Source: Cystobasidiomycetes sp. EMM_F5 (lineage: Eukaryota). Taken from it: a DNA stretch of 64,000 nucleotides. Within the stretch, counting starts at the first letter, position 1. Every line of letters begins with the position of its first letter. The notes below the pieces were generated by a model. It worked only from the letters and a program-made list of their open reading frames with translations, made no database searches and was not told the DNA's origin. The stretch spans positions 434,001 through 498,000 of the forward strand of contig JBPGPT010000002.1 of the NCBI GenBank assembly GCA_051047955.1, read 5' to 3'. Below are positions 12,262 to 25,051 of this stretch, one piece after another. The position numbers were made by a program, and so were the translations under genes.

Positions 12262-12539
12262 TACATCTAGGTAAGAATCGGTGGGGTATGCCAGTAGATA
12301 CAGCGGTCACCTCGTCCAAATGTCATCACTAATATACTTCACCGGTGCAGACCGAAGCCTATTGCGAAGCAGCTCATTTGACATGACTACAGGGAGTTAA
12401 CGTAGAGTGCTGCTCTCATGCTCAGCACTATCACTCACCCATTACAATGTATCGGTACTAAGCTAATGCTGATGTTCACTGTTACAAATTGTTAATAAAA
12501 TGTCCTAATAAGGCTGCTAATCGGATCCCTATTATTCTA

Positions 12540-14687
12540 TTACATCAAGATACACTTCGAATTGAGATTCATATCCTCGGCATATTCGCTTTCGATTTCC
12601 TTCAGATTTGCCTTCTCCCTCATTTTGACTTCCCGCGGGAACCATCGTTTCTCGAATGCCACTAGTGCTGCATTTAAATTATCTGATGGAACGAAGTCAG
12701 TAGATGTGCTTCGGAGGCCGGCTGAATATTAGCGCACCCTTATTTGCTTTCATTACTACGGGTGCACGACATGAGGGGCAAGCATCTTGACCGCGCCTCT
12801 GCATCTTGACCAAGCAGCGAATACAAAACATATGCTTGCAATCAAGAGTGATAGGTCGCCAGGCAATCTCGCCGCATATAAGACAGCTATAATCGTCAAT
12901 TGACGGAATGACTGGCAGTAATATTTCGGTGATCGTTGACAGAAGGACGTGGGGCAGTGTTGTGATACCCGCAAAGACGAGCGATGTCATCTCCTCCGAT
13001 GAAATTCTGCTTGCAATAGCAGTACGGCTTGCAGTCATGGCACCAGTGCTTCCCTGAGCTTCTTGCTGAATACGTTGCTTTTGCACGAAATCAGGAAAGT
13101 CAGATGAGGCAGACAGGCCTAACCTCTTGTCGTGCTTCTTCAGGATCTTCCGAGCTGCCTCACGATTGGCGTATCCGATCCTGCGGGTATCAGGCCAGTA
13201 AGTCATTGTAAGCTTTATCAGTTGATGTCTTAAACACACCGCTTGAGCTGCAAAAGCTGTTGATTCAAGTGTACGAATTGCTCGAGTGCAGCTCGGCTTT
13301 CCTTGCTCTTCATTTGTTTGGCCAACTTACGTCGGCCCACTTGATCGACAAACCAGTCGAGGCGCTTCTCCACCTCCTCGATAGACCGTTCCCCTCGTGT
13401 GCGCTCGGTTGCGCCCTCAAAAATTTGTGCTTCTACCCATAGAGAGAAGACCTCTCTCCATGCGTATAGATTGTCCTTGCTCTTGCTGGAGGAGGAAGCG
13501 GCCGAAACCATTCTGGCGAGTTCGCGCACTGCAAGGGTGAACGCCCGCTTCTCGCTCGTCATGAGCGACGACAACGATTGCAGGGCTTGATTTAGGAGGA
13601 TGAAGAATTCGGAATCATACTCTAGATTGATGATGACTTCCTTCCGTCGCCTCTTCTGCCTGTGCTTAGTCGTCCTACATTTAGCATTTCGTTCACTCTC
13701 GCGAAAGTCGTTGTCCCTGATGTCGATGTCTGCTTCGTCACCGGTATCTGTCGAGCTCTCGCCCTTCTCTTTATCCATAATGTATGCAGGTCCAAGCAAT
13801 GCTAGCCCGTCTTCAGCTTTCCGTGCAATCTCGGCATGAGAGCCATTTATTGGTGCTGTATTATCTGCTGGCAGCACAGGGCTACCGGGAGGAGTCACCT
13901 TCGATGCTGGAGAGATATTGAGGCCGTATAGCTTGTCGAGGAGAGCCTTTCTTTCCAACTGGTCGGGACTAGGCGGAGTTGTACCGTATCCTCTCAAGCT
14001 CCCAGGCCTAGATAGTGCTCTCAAAGTTGCACGATCCTCCTCCTCGTCATCTTCGTCTGATACTTCGTCCAACTTCACAATCTGTGCGGAGTCGGCGAGT
14101 GCTATGCGGTTGTACAAATCTCGATGCTTCTCGTCGTCAGCAGTAGAAGTCTCGGTTTCTGAACTGTCTGATAGGAACACCAGCTTGATGCGGGGAATGG
14201 GGTTATCCACCGTTCCTACGATGAACATCAAACGTCAATTACTTCAGAAGTGAGGATAGGCCAATAATAGCAATATTCACCTGCGAGTTCGTACTCCGCA
14301 TGAGCGCGCTGTTGACGAGGCTTCCGTCTTCTTGGGCTTGTTTTCGCCTGAGAATAGACAGACTTGCGCAAAGAAGCCGGCCTACTGCTCGAAGGTGATA
14401 TCAGGGCACCATCCGCTGTGACATCTGCCGTTTCTGCAGTATTGCCATTGGTCGATCCAGCTTCAAGCAGCTCCTTCAGGACCTCCGCGTCCAGACCAAG
14501 ACTGTTGAGCTCATTCTGTACACGTTTGATGCTCTTCTTCAATTCGCGGTCTATCGTTTCGATGCAATTTGGATTTGTTATTGCAGCCGAAAATAGAAGC
14601 CTTGCAGCACTCACAATTTATGCTGGCTTTCTGGACTTCATCGCTCGTCCCGCTGAGCGTGCTCGCAAACTGCTGACCATACTTCAT
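12540..14687 (-). CDS. SPX-RING E3 ubiquitin ligase (Pqr1/NLA-like), spliced
   Basis: MKYGQQF...INYRELKKSIKR and ANREAARKILKKHDKR (split SPX); C3HC4 RING CLIC...CKHMFCIRC...CPSCR; ends NSKCILM*. Confidence 0.88.
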
Positions 14688-14989
14688 AACAAGGGGCTAC
14701 ATGTAATGGTCGGATGACAAAGGCGTGACAAGCTGTCTCGCGAACAGAGCGGCGTGATCGGACAGAATGTACGCACGTTCTGCGGAGTTGGCGGGGATGT
14801 GCAAGGTTGCAGCTGGACAATACATGCAAGTTAAAAAATGCTTTGCACTGCTTACATCTACAATGCCTGCGTAGAAATATCTAGAACTATGGCTACATTC
14901 TGCTGCACAAGACATCGTTACGCTTATGATCATATAAATTGGTGCCACTGCTAAAGACTGCGGATGCTGATAAACTGAACGATGAGCGC

Positions 14990-17091
14990 CTATGGATCAT
15001 CTTCTTGTGCTTGAAGATCCCTCCATCCTCGGCTTTTGGTCGTCTTTTGCGCAAGCACTGCCGTAAGTGCCGTGAAGATGATGAGGGCAATCCAGATGAA
15101 CTTGCCGCCCAAAAGATGATACTCTGCCGTCCATGCGAAGCCGACTGAACCCTGTTGAAGTAAACAAACGAACAAAACTCAGTGTCTGCTTATGTCTGTA
15201 TTGAAGCCGACCAGCTTACCAGTTCAGCTCCAATACCGATACCTGCTTGCTGTACTAGCTCGCTCCATGCGTTCAATTGTGATAGATGGTGTCGCGTTGG
15301 CGCTCGTGCGTTGAAAAGCACGTTGAGCGTGAGCCACATTGGATTTGAGACGGTTTGCAGCACTAGCGACGAGCCAAGAAGGAGTGTAGTGACTGTACTT
15401 GATGGGGTCCCGTGACTGACGACAATCGAGAGGAGAAGATATACGGAGATTGATATAGGCGGGACGCATATGAACACACGTAGAAGAGCTTCCGATGAAT
15501 ATCGCCCGAAGAGCTTTGGACATACGACGAGCGAAAAGCATGTAACGAGGATAGGTCGAGCCGACAGAAACATGCTCATTTGCTGTTTCGTCAGCCCGAG
15601 TCCTCCGATAGCTGGAGACGAGAAAAAGAGCAATAGTTCGGCAGTGCCTACTGCCAGGGCGCCAACGAGCACCAAGAACCGGAGAAGGAGGATGAAAGAA
15701 GCTCCACAAGCCCATTTGCTGATGTTCTCCTGCGCATCGGAATAAGACCTATCTGGCGATGGGGGATACTCCAACTGATTGGTCTCGTTGTTATCGACGA
15801 GCGTCATCTCGGACGAGAACGACGGTTTTCCACCGAAATCTTTCGGGTACGCATCGTCATCCTCTGTATCGGCATTGAAGACCGGTTGTATCTTGGTATA
15901 TTGCGTTTTCGGCTTGTTGCCAGCTCTCAGACCAGGATGCGTTTCTTCTGCAAAGGGTATCGCAAAAAGTAGAGTGACGGCAGGTATTGCCGCTGCCATT
16001 ACGCATGGTAGTGCGTAGGGAAAGGTATCAAAAATGGTGTCCTTGAACAGCCAAGGAAGGCTTTCTGCTGGCTTGGAGAGTATAGCACCAAGCATGGGAG
16101 CTATCGTAGCTCCCAGCTGCCACCCTGTCCCCATGAGCACGAAGGACTGCGCCTCGTTTGTAGTATCTGTCAATTCGGAGATCATGACTTTTGACGTGCT
16201 GTAGAAATACACTGGATCAGCAAACGGCAAGTAAAAAAGTAAAGCTGAGAATTATGCCCTCACGCAGATTGAGCACTATTCGCAAAGCCCATCGCGAAGC
16301 GGAGCAGCAATAATTGAGAGAAGGTACGTCCGAATCCAAACAGTACGCAAAACACGCTGGCCAAGCCAACGCCTAGGATATGGGGTGAGTATTGTGCTGC
16401 ATTGCGAAACCAAGATCTCGACTGCTCACCGATGATTGTTATCCACTTTCGCCCATACATGTCGCTCAATCTTGCAAATATGAATACCCCAATAATCATG
16501 CCCGCTGCTGCCGTCGTTTCTACGAGTCCTGAATACTTGCCCACATGAACCTGCAGGTATATGAGGGAGATGCAGGTAATGGACACAAAGCTGATGAGCA
16601 TTAGACGTGTAGTGCTATTTTTGTCCGCCCACCTCGTCTGCGACCTTTAGGTCTTCCACGAGCATCTGATTTACGAATGGCATTATCACAAGAAAGAACA
16701 GACTCTGTAGAGCATCGCGTTAGTATGTTACATGCCGTTTGTTTGGCCATCGATTGACCTGACTCATTCGCCAGATGCCAATAAAGAAGACTGGATCCAA
16801 GCGCGAAGAGCAATGAGCACTTCACCCCATATTGCGGTATGACAGTCACTCACCCTGTAGATACGGTATCGGAGTCATTACCGTCGCAATTCTCGACGAT
16901 TCGATGTCTATCGGTGCAGCCAGTGGCTGCTGCTTTGACGAGATCATCGCCTTGCCGTCCATCTGTCTGAAGGCCGTCTGCTCTGCCTTGAAGCTCATCG
17001 GGGAATCTGACGCCAGGCCAGTCCCATCTTCGAGCAGCCCTTCCAGCTCGAGGCTGTCTGCCGTACGCTTTGGCTTGCTGATGTCAACCAT
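14990..17091 (-). CDS. MFS transporter (YCR023C/ZIFL-like), spliced
   Basis: IMPFVNQML, VGKYSGLVE, motif A ARLSDMYGRK, KVMISELTD, FPYALPC; multiple hydrophobic helices; last exon ends AQEDDP*. Confidence 0.82.
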
Positions 17092-17886
17092 GACGCCCGC
17101 TCCGATAGAGGACTACGGTACTTCGACAATTGCGTTACCTTCAGATGTGGTTGGTTGGAAGAAGCAAGCATAGCATTCGAAGACTGCGATTTCACACAAC
17201 CGCGTGCAGCCTTCTGCCAGATCGTCTAAAAAGCAATATGATGATTCGGCAAGCAAGACCGAGCTCGAGGTGTTCCGAAAAGTGCAGGAATTTGGACACG
17301 AGTGCTGCTTCGAGAGAACTGGACGTTCACTACTGGCTTGTCAGTCTATGGGACACTTGTGCACGCTCAGAATGTTGTCCCTTGCATGGATGCTGCCCAA
17401 TCACATCGATGCTCGCTTGCATCCAACCGAACCCTTCGGCAAAAATGTCGCCGTCTTAGAAATTATTGGAAGTTGCAGAGGAGTGTTGCTCTGCAGCATG
17501 CCAACGTGGTTCATATAGCAGCCTACGTGACTCTGCGGTGTAAATCTATTTCATTCCCGCGTTCATTTTGAAGAAGCTCAAGGTCACGGTGTCTCATTGC
17601 TCACTCTGCATGAAATCGACATTGATATAGATCCAAGCCTGTCCCAGTGACTGCAGATGACGCTGTGATTGGAGAGATGCGCTATACCACACTGTCAACG
17701 TAACGCTCGCTCGTGCAATGCTGCCTCGAGACGGCTCGTCACTCGAGAATCGCAACTCACTCTCACTGAAGAGAGCACCTGGATATACTCTTTGGCGATA
17801 CCGCAGACAACAAGCTCACTAGCTATAACTCACCTCTAGTCTCGCAGTCCGAAACTGGCTAGAGCTCCACATTTGCGCCTTCCGAC

Positions 17887-19110
17887 ATGGTCAAGCAGAC
17901 CGCAGCTTCAGCAGCTGCATTGAGCAAGCCCGGAGCAGACTTCTTCCTGACAAAGTGGGCAGGCCTCATACATAGTCCATCCTACAACCGCTAACGATCT
18001 GCGGTTATTGCTTCGGTCAATCGCTCCAACCACAGATTCTGGACGCAGATACTCGAAAATCCAGAATGTAAACACATCATTTCGTGGGACCCTTCTGGCG
18101 TCTATCTCATCGTGTACGACAGCGAGGCACTCATGTCGGAGATCAAGGATAAGGGCGTGTGCAAGCAGAAGGACTATGACAGTTTTGCAAGGCAATTGAG
18201 AGTGGGTGTATTCTCGCATCCACTTCACTCGCGGAAGGTCGCGGCGGCTGATGTGCTTTTGCAAAATAGATATACCGCTGGAGCAGAGTACGGATAGCCG
18301 ATGACGGCACTACGCCCTGGCCGTCCGATGCAAGAGTGTGGAGGCACGAGACTCTGGTAAGGCTGTACTTTATCATGCATGGTGGACTACCAGCCTGACA
18401 CCTGCCCTTTTCTGCAGACACGAGATTCAGACATCGAAGAAGTTGCGGTCATTACGAGAAATGCTCCTCCAAAGCTGAACAGAGCGCAAAAGGAGGCAGC
18501 AGCAGCAGCTGAAGCAGCAGCTCGAGAGGCTGGTGAATCGAGTGGGAACGCTTCCAATACTGGAGATCAGCGATCAAACGACATTGCGGTGATCGACCCG
18601 ACTTTACAGTCTGGCGATATCCCTGTCACAGGGGACACAGCGGGACGAGCTCATGATGCAAAGGACAATCATCCACCCTATCCAAACAGTCAGCATGGAG
18701 CAAGGGCGGCAATCAAGTCGAATGCTGCACCACTCGCCAAGCTGATTCCCTACTCCCGCCATCAGGCTCCTCGGACATATAACAAGGCGAATGCTATGCC
18801 AAGCGTACCTTCGGTACTTCCACCTATGCCGCAATATGTCGTCAATCCGCCCGATTTTAAGGAAGATATATACATGCCCACAGCCGCGGCACTGAGGGCA
18901 GCCGCTCTTGATCCGGACACGTTTGATAGACTGCCTTGGGAACAATTTGTGATCGTCTCGACCGTACCGAACAAAACTATTCTGTCACCTCAGCCTAATC
19001 CTGCATCGGCACTCTCGCAAAATGTAGAGGTACCCGTTCCTTCTGCGGCGCAAAATGAGCCGAGTATCGCCGCAGAGGTCTCGCTCTTCGACCCCGCACT
19101 CCCAACTTAG
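17887..19110 (+). CDS. HSF-type DNA-binding-domain protein (divergent), introns 17955-18035, 18202-18269, 18357-18417
   Basis: Spliced N-terminus DFFLTKFWTQILENPECKHIISWDPSGVYLIVYD...QKDYDSFARQLRIYRWSRV...WRHETL aligns by eye to the HSF DBD (FLxKL..IxW..SFVRQLNMYGF..FxH); Pro/Ala-rich tail. Confidence 0.75.
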
Positions 19111-19326
19111 GGGTGAGGAGACATTCATCAATTATCGCGTCAAGAAGTGTAGCATTTGGGACTTGTTTCATTGCTTTCGGTAGGTTCTACTCGTAGTTGC
19201 TGGTATCGTTGTAGCATCATTGTAGTCTGTCAAAGTCGATTCGCATGTGCATCTTGCGCAGCAGCCGGTGCGGAGTGCACACTTGCATCCTGTTTAAATG
19301 CAAACATACCCTGACATGAGCATTCG

Positions 19327-21677
19327 ATGGCAGAGCCGTCTAGCAGGCAGCTCGAGCTCGTCGCTGGACCGAGTCGCGTTCACCCGCTGCTGGCTGCCAT
19401 AAACACGGCATCATCGTCCGATGAGATCAAGACTCACGTGAACCCATCGGATGACTGGCAGATTGTATTGCGAAATAAGCAGGGTGTGGTCGTGCTCTAC
19501 AACTCCCAAGAGCGGACCATCTCAGTCCAAGGCCGGTCTGGTCTCGTCGTACATGATGGTGCCGATGACGATGAAGCTGGCTTCCATACAGAAACACCTA
19601 TGCCATCAATCACATGCTGTCCTCTATGCAAGAGACCTCTGAACAATATCAACGTCCGCAGATCCCGAAGTCCTGCTCAGAGGCCCCTCGTCTTAGCAGC
19701 CGATAATCAAGCAGAACATCTGAGCAGCAATTACTTTCATCTCCTGTCAGAATCATACCAATCCACACCTGCGTTCGTATCGCCTGTCTCTTCTCGACCC
19801 GGAACGCCGATATTTGAGAGAAAGAATACTGCCCTCGACAGTTCTGCATTTAGCGATGGATACTACAAACGCTTCTTCAAAGAATTGGCTACGCTAGGCC
19901 GTGGCATGTCGGGCTCAGTCTATCTCTGCCAGCATGTACTCAATGGCAACTCTTTAGGCTTCTTTGCCTGCAAAAAGATTCCCGTAGGCCACAACGAAAC
20001 AAGGCATCTTGTCAGCGCTGACTTTGATATCAGGTTGGAAACAACTCGTCCTCCCTCGTCAAAGCGTTGAAGGAAATTACACACCTCGAATCATTACGTC
20101 ACCACAATATCGTTGCGGTACACCATGTATGGCTCGAGATGGCATCGCTTTCGCACGGTCCCCCAGTACCTTGCTTGTTCGCACTGATGGATTATGCGAA
20201 TAGCGGGAGGTAGGTCGTCTGCGACTGGTCGGGTGTTCTAAACTTTTCTCACACATCCTGCCAGTCTTGAAAAGTACATCACGTTTCGTGGGGGATTGAA
20301 AGCGGCAAATGAGGAGTCTTTCAGGTCGGCCAACGAGCGCAAGGCGCAGCATCTCCAGCGCAGGCGGAGCCGTTTATCCTCAACAGCTAGAGCGCCCGGA
20401 ATGGGACGAGCCGTTCATCTTTTCAGCCTGGAAGAGATTCTCTCCCTAGCTACAGATATCGTGTCTGGCCTGGCATTTCTACATTCTCACAACATGCTGC
20501 ATCTAGACCTGAAGGCGGAAAATATCCTCTTGCACAGATCCGAAGATGACGATGTCTTGATGTAGGCCACAATTCAACGACGCTCGGTGTCTATAGCTAA
20601 TCAATGGAGTTGGCTTGATTTTGTCAGACCGACAGCAATGCTGAGTGACTTTGGATCCAGCGAGGCTCGAAACAGTCGCTTTCAACGCAGTAAAGTCGGA
20701 ACGACAGGCACTCTGGATTACCTCGCGCCGGAATCCTTCACCCCGTTGCCGAATGGGCTTGTTCGCCCTTACAGCGCTGAATTAGATCTCTGGGCTCTTG
20801 GTACGAGTGGAATTGTACCATCATTCGAAACATTCATCTCATGTTCTCTTCCGCAAAAGGTCTCATACTTCACTTGCTGGCATTTTTCGAATTGCCCTAC
20901 GAGAGCATTGACATTGATGGTAAGTCTTGCATTGTATGGCACACTCATAGCCGAATGTGATCTATTGCTCTTAAGACCTCACCAACGAGATTAAAGGATA
21001 CGAAGGATTCCATGAGCGTACGTCAAAGCATCGGCGACGCGACCTCCCGTCCAAATACTCTCGCCTGCTGGAGCGCTTGATCCATCTTGATCCCGCCAAG
21101 CGGCCGCGGGCGAGTGATGTGCTGCGGATGCTGGAGGATGTCCGCTTGGCAGACGTGTATGTACGAGACGAATTCTCACCCGAGCGCTCAATGAATGCCA
21201 CACTGGTCACAACAAGACGCAACAGTATTGTGCTTGCACCAAAGACTGAGCGGCACATATTACCGAGAGTCAGTATTTTCTTTCTGTACAACGAGGACAC
21301 TGCTGATTGATCACAATCAGCTACCTTCGCCGCCACTGGATGTGATTACTCTTCAGCAGGAAACGCGCAAAGAAGCGAACCTGGCGCAGACAAATGCATT
21401 AAGCATGCTAGGCTGGCTGGCTATCCGGGTAAGTTTACCCTTCATCGAGCTCACGAGTCGGCTTTCAAAGTCTCACTGCGTTCCGCAGGCGTTGTTAACT
21501 GCGTATATATCGTGCTGGAAGGCTACTAGCTCCTGTCGTTACGCATCTGTGTCTCTGCCAAATCTCGTAATGTTACTGGGGACAAGTGCTGCCGAGCATA
21601 AGCTTAACATTGGCAGTCGGGGCAGTGGTATGGTGACTATAGCAATGCTCAGTGTTGTCATCATATCTTGGACGTAA
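19327..21677 (+). CDS. IKS1: Iks1-family Ser/Thr protein kinase, spliced (3' end approximate)
   Basis: WQIVLR..VVLYN, CPLCKRP, YFHLL, YYKRFFKELATLGRG, CQHVLNGNSLGFFACKKIPVG, HLDLKAENILL, SDFG, GTTGTLDYLAPE; hydrophobic C-terminus. Confidence 0.88.
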
Positions 21678-21781
21678 GAGACTTTGTTTTCCCACGTGCT
21701 GCTCCTGCCTTAACGACTGTCCCAAAATCGATGAAAGATATGACGAGGGACAACAAGACTCCTCTACAATAATGAAGCATC

Positions 21782-23290
21782 CTACTTTCCAAGATCCCAC
21801 TCCCTGACAGACTTTGACGAAGGGTAATCGAAACCGCCGATGTTGACTGTGGCTGGCTGTTGCGGTGACGGGGACCGTAATTTTCGTCGTGGCCCGACAC
21901 TCGTGTCACTGCTATCACCCTCGCTGCCGCTTTCCTGCCCACGTTTCCGCTTCTTGTGCTTCCGATCTGAGCCTTTGACTTTCCTTGCGATTCGTCTGGC
22001 TTCCCTTTCTTCTCTTCGCTGCTTGCGCTCCAATTTGCGAAGTTGCTTTTCCCTGTCCTCCTCCCTTGCGCGGGTTACGCCAAAGGCTTTATCCTCCTTT
22101 CGTTTCTTGAGTACCGCCAGCATCTGATCCCATCCTGCAAAATTTCCTTCGGCAATCAGTCCTGTCTTCTCATCCTCAAGATCTTGAAAAGATACATCCA
22201 GAGCGGGATTATATGTTTGAGAAAAGTATTTGTCCATTTTCGAAGGCGCAACACTTCCGCCATCGTTTTGCCCGGTGTAGTCTACAAAGGTCTCGTCCTC
22301 CGTGTCGCTGCTAGAGCTACTGTAGCTGTCTGACCGTGAGCGTCGTCTCAACCGTCGAGTATCATCATGATCGCGGTTTGAGCGTAACGATCTGCTTGTT
22401 TCAATGCCATTGAGATCATTACGTTGGGATTCTCTATGCAATGGCGAAGCGGAGCGGTCGCGGCTCGATACAGTATCTGCTGCTCGTGACCGCCTGTTGA
22501 TGGAGGCGCTTGAACGATCACGGACACTGTTTCGACCATGGTCATCAAAGCGTTCGCGTTCCTTGCCCTTGTCAACAGATCGGACGGCCTCCTGATCTTT
22601 CGAATGAGAATTGGATGATGCCCTGCGTCGAGCATCTTGGATCGCGTCCTGTACATCTTGACGCTTCTGGTCTTCCACCCGTCGGACCTGACGGGCGTCG
22701 CTGAGGCCCATCGCCAGCGCTTTGGCAGCAAAACCTAGAGGTCGTTCTCGGGCTGCTGGTGCCCGGGCAGAGGATGTCGATGCAATAGGAGGATCGTCAA
22801 GACGAGATGCCTCAGTACGAGGAGATCTGTCTCGCGCAGTACTATCCCCTTTACGTTTCTCCCTCTGCTCTCTGTCCCGCTGTCGAATGGCATCCAGTTC
22901 GGCTTGAGTCTTCCGAGGAGCTTTCCCGTTGACAAGAAGTACGTCTTCCCGCCTTCTCAGAGGCTCGTTGTAGTCCTCGACGCCCTTGATGAGTTTGTTC
23001 AGGAATCGCTTGTTGGTCTTACTCTGGTACTGCTGTTGTTTACCCGCTGCATCCTCGTCATCGCTCCACCGCCAGGAAGAGTACGATGCATCCCGTTTAG
23101 CTCGGTCCTCGCGGTCCTTGGCTTCTTGCAAGAGCAGGTCAGCTACGTGACGGTCCAAGTCGGTGGATGCGTCGTTGTCTGGAGTCGTGCTGCCTGCCAA
23201 TCCATACTGCGCGCGGACGAGAGACGACACGACCTTGGACAGAGAGCCATTTGGAGGCGCAGCTCCGGTGCGCGTAGTTGAGGATGGCAT
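21782..23290 (-). CDS. Conserved fungal Arg/Ser/Asp-rich, probably nuclear protein, intronless
   Basis: 502-aa ORF. Blocks DLDRHVADLLLQEAK, TNKRFLNKLIKGVEDYN, SKMDKYF..YNPALDV and VREWDLGK resemble fungal proteins loosely labelled 'splicing factor 38B'; function unknown. Confidence 0.7.
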   Translation of the reverse strand: MPSSTTRTGAAPPNGSLSKVVSSLVRAQYGLAGSTTPDNDASTDLDRHVADLLLQEAKDREDRAKRDASYSSWRWSDDEDAAGKQQQYQSKTNKRFLNKLIKGVEDYNEPLRRREDVLLVNGKAPRKTQAELDAIRQRDREQREKRKGDSTARDRSPRTEASRLDDPPIASTSSARAPAARERPLGFAAKALAMGLSDARQVRRVEDQKRQDVQDAIQDARRRASSNSHSKDQEAVRSVDKGKERERFDDHGRNSVRDRSSASINRRSRAADTVSSRDRSASPLHRESQRNDLNGIETSRSLRSNRDHDDTRRLRRRSRSDSYSSSSSDTEDETFVDYTGQNDGGSVAPSKMDKYFSQTYNPALDVSFQDLEDEKTGLIAEGNFAGWDQMLAVLKKRKEDKAFGVTRAREEDREKQLRKLERKQRREEREARRIARKVKGSDRKHKKRKRGQESGSEGDSSDTSVGPRRKLRSPSPQQPATVNIGGFDYPSSKSVREWDLGK

Positions 23291-23556
23291 CGATCATTGT
23301 GCTGGCATGGTTGCTTATGACGTGCCAGTGCGCCTGGAGTCAAGCCGTGAGGTGGTAAAAGCAACATCCGACACACCCAATATGTAAAACCACCAGGACT
23401 TACGTTATGCATTATAAGGTATACAATGGATCTATGCAGGAGAATGCTAATGTAACGGACGGTGAAGAACGACGAAATTTTTATCTGCTTTGTTGATGAC
23501 ATACAAAAAAACTGCCACTGCCAAATCCGCCAGCAGCCATAAGAGACGGGTATACA

Positions 23557-24711
23557 TCACGCCTTCGTGTATGGTAAAGTCGTGCCAAATACATGATCCC
23601 AAAGTTTGCTCGTCACGCCAAAACCGAGGTCGTAGTTCTGCGAGTCGGACCCAGATCAGCTTCTGTCAATGCATCAGTCCTTGACGGGACAGCTCACCTT
23701 CCAGTGATGCTGGAGATGATAAACTTTCATCTGCTTCATGTACTCGGGCATGCGTGTATGGTGAAGGGCATAGTGCATGCAGTCATAAGCCATGTACATG
23801 GTATAACTTCCCGCAATAACCGCTTTCGCCATGGGAGCCGGGAAGAGAAGATGTGCAAGCTTGAGGAAGGGTGCAGACAGTGCTGCAAAGAGGAGAGGCG
23901 GCATGACGAGACGCAGCCTGTCCATGGGGAGGTAGTGGTGGATACCGTGTAGCAGAAAGTGGAGGAGTAAGGCTAGTTGGTGATCCGGGAGATGGTCATC
24001 GATGTGGAAGAGGAAGCGATGCATAAAGTATTCAATAAACGTCCAGAAGAGCAGACCGAATGCGTAGCAAGGCAGGAAGATAGCGGTAGATTGCGCGGCG
24101 GTGTATCCCCATCCAAAAAGGCCTTGGAAGGCGCGATAGGCGAGGAACGCGGTGATGGGGCCCCATATTAGCGGCACGACATACCACTGCGTCCGTGTGA
24201 ACACTTCGAGGTATGCAGGACCAAAGAGGCGGGCGGGTTCGGGCAAGTGCCTGGGTTGATGAACCTGTTGTAGGTAGTAATCCTTTGACCAGTTCGAGTA
24301 CCATACTTGCATTATGAGTGGCTTTGACAGGTCGAGAAACTCGTTCTTTTGGAAATCCGATGCTGCGTCCGTATCGAGTGGATGGAAATTCTCGTCGATT
24401 TCAGCTTCATCGTCGACGATGGCTTCGCCCGTTCTGATAACTCCGATAGCGTACTCTGACAGCAAATCGTATGCGCTGTCTGAGTGCGAGTGCTCCTTCG
24501 GGTCTGCCATGACTTGCTTGATATCCTTGCCTGCCCAGTCGAGGATGAGGTCGTCGCCACCAGGATGGTCGCCGACAAAGGCAGTCACATCGTAGACTGT
24601 GCTGTCGACGGTGACCCAGCAGGACGCCTTTGAATTGTGTTTGCTGACATCTGCGGCAGTGTAGATGCGCTTGCCCCTCGGCGCCCGTTTCGTCGTTGTT
24701 GAGATTACCAT
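23557..24711 (-). CDS. SCS7: Sphingolipid fatty-acid 2-hydroxylase (cytochrome b5 fusion), 1 intron
   Basis: b5 domain VYDVTAFVGDHPGG; His boxes HRFLFH, HGIHH, HYALHH, HLQHH; final exon NYDLGFGVTSKLWDHVFGT. Confidence 0.95.
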
Positions 24712-25051
24712 GCTAGGATGCAAACTAGGGAACGTGGGGAGGTCCTTGGCGAGGACTTGCGGTGTACAGGCTGTCGCAGTGTACGCTGAGCTGAAGTTTG
24801 AGCTTTTCCAGATATGCTTCGCAGTCGTCTCAATGTTGACCTCGTCGCAAAACAAGTTGCAAAAGTTGAAGTCGGTCAATCGAGTGGCGTCAGGAACGTC
24901 AGACCTTTTGCGTCAAGACCGATGCTGCTACTATGCCTCAGTATGCAGACCTAGACCATATATTTCATGTCATGCGTGATATGGCCTAGTCAGCTTACCT
25001 TCCAAGCAATGGCTGCGAGTTTGAACCGGCTTCGTGGGACGTAATCTGGAC

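Noticed and set aside
12406..12429. Hairpin AGTGCTG-N10-CAGCACT
   Set aside because: A 7-bp stem is expected by chance in 64 kb; no snoRNA boxes or SECIS features.
17092..17886. Relatively long spacer with ~100-aa ORFs and repeated (C)TCAC(T) words
   Set aside because: The ORFs look non-coding and the words are short and irregularly spaced; consistent with a divergent promoter. No convincing HSE array.
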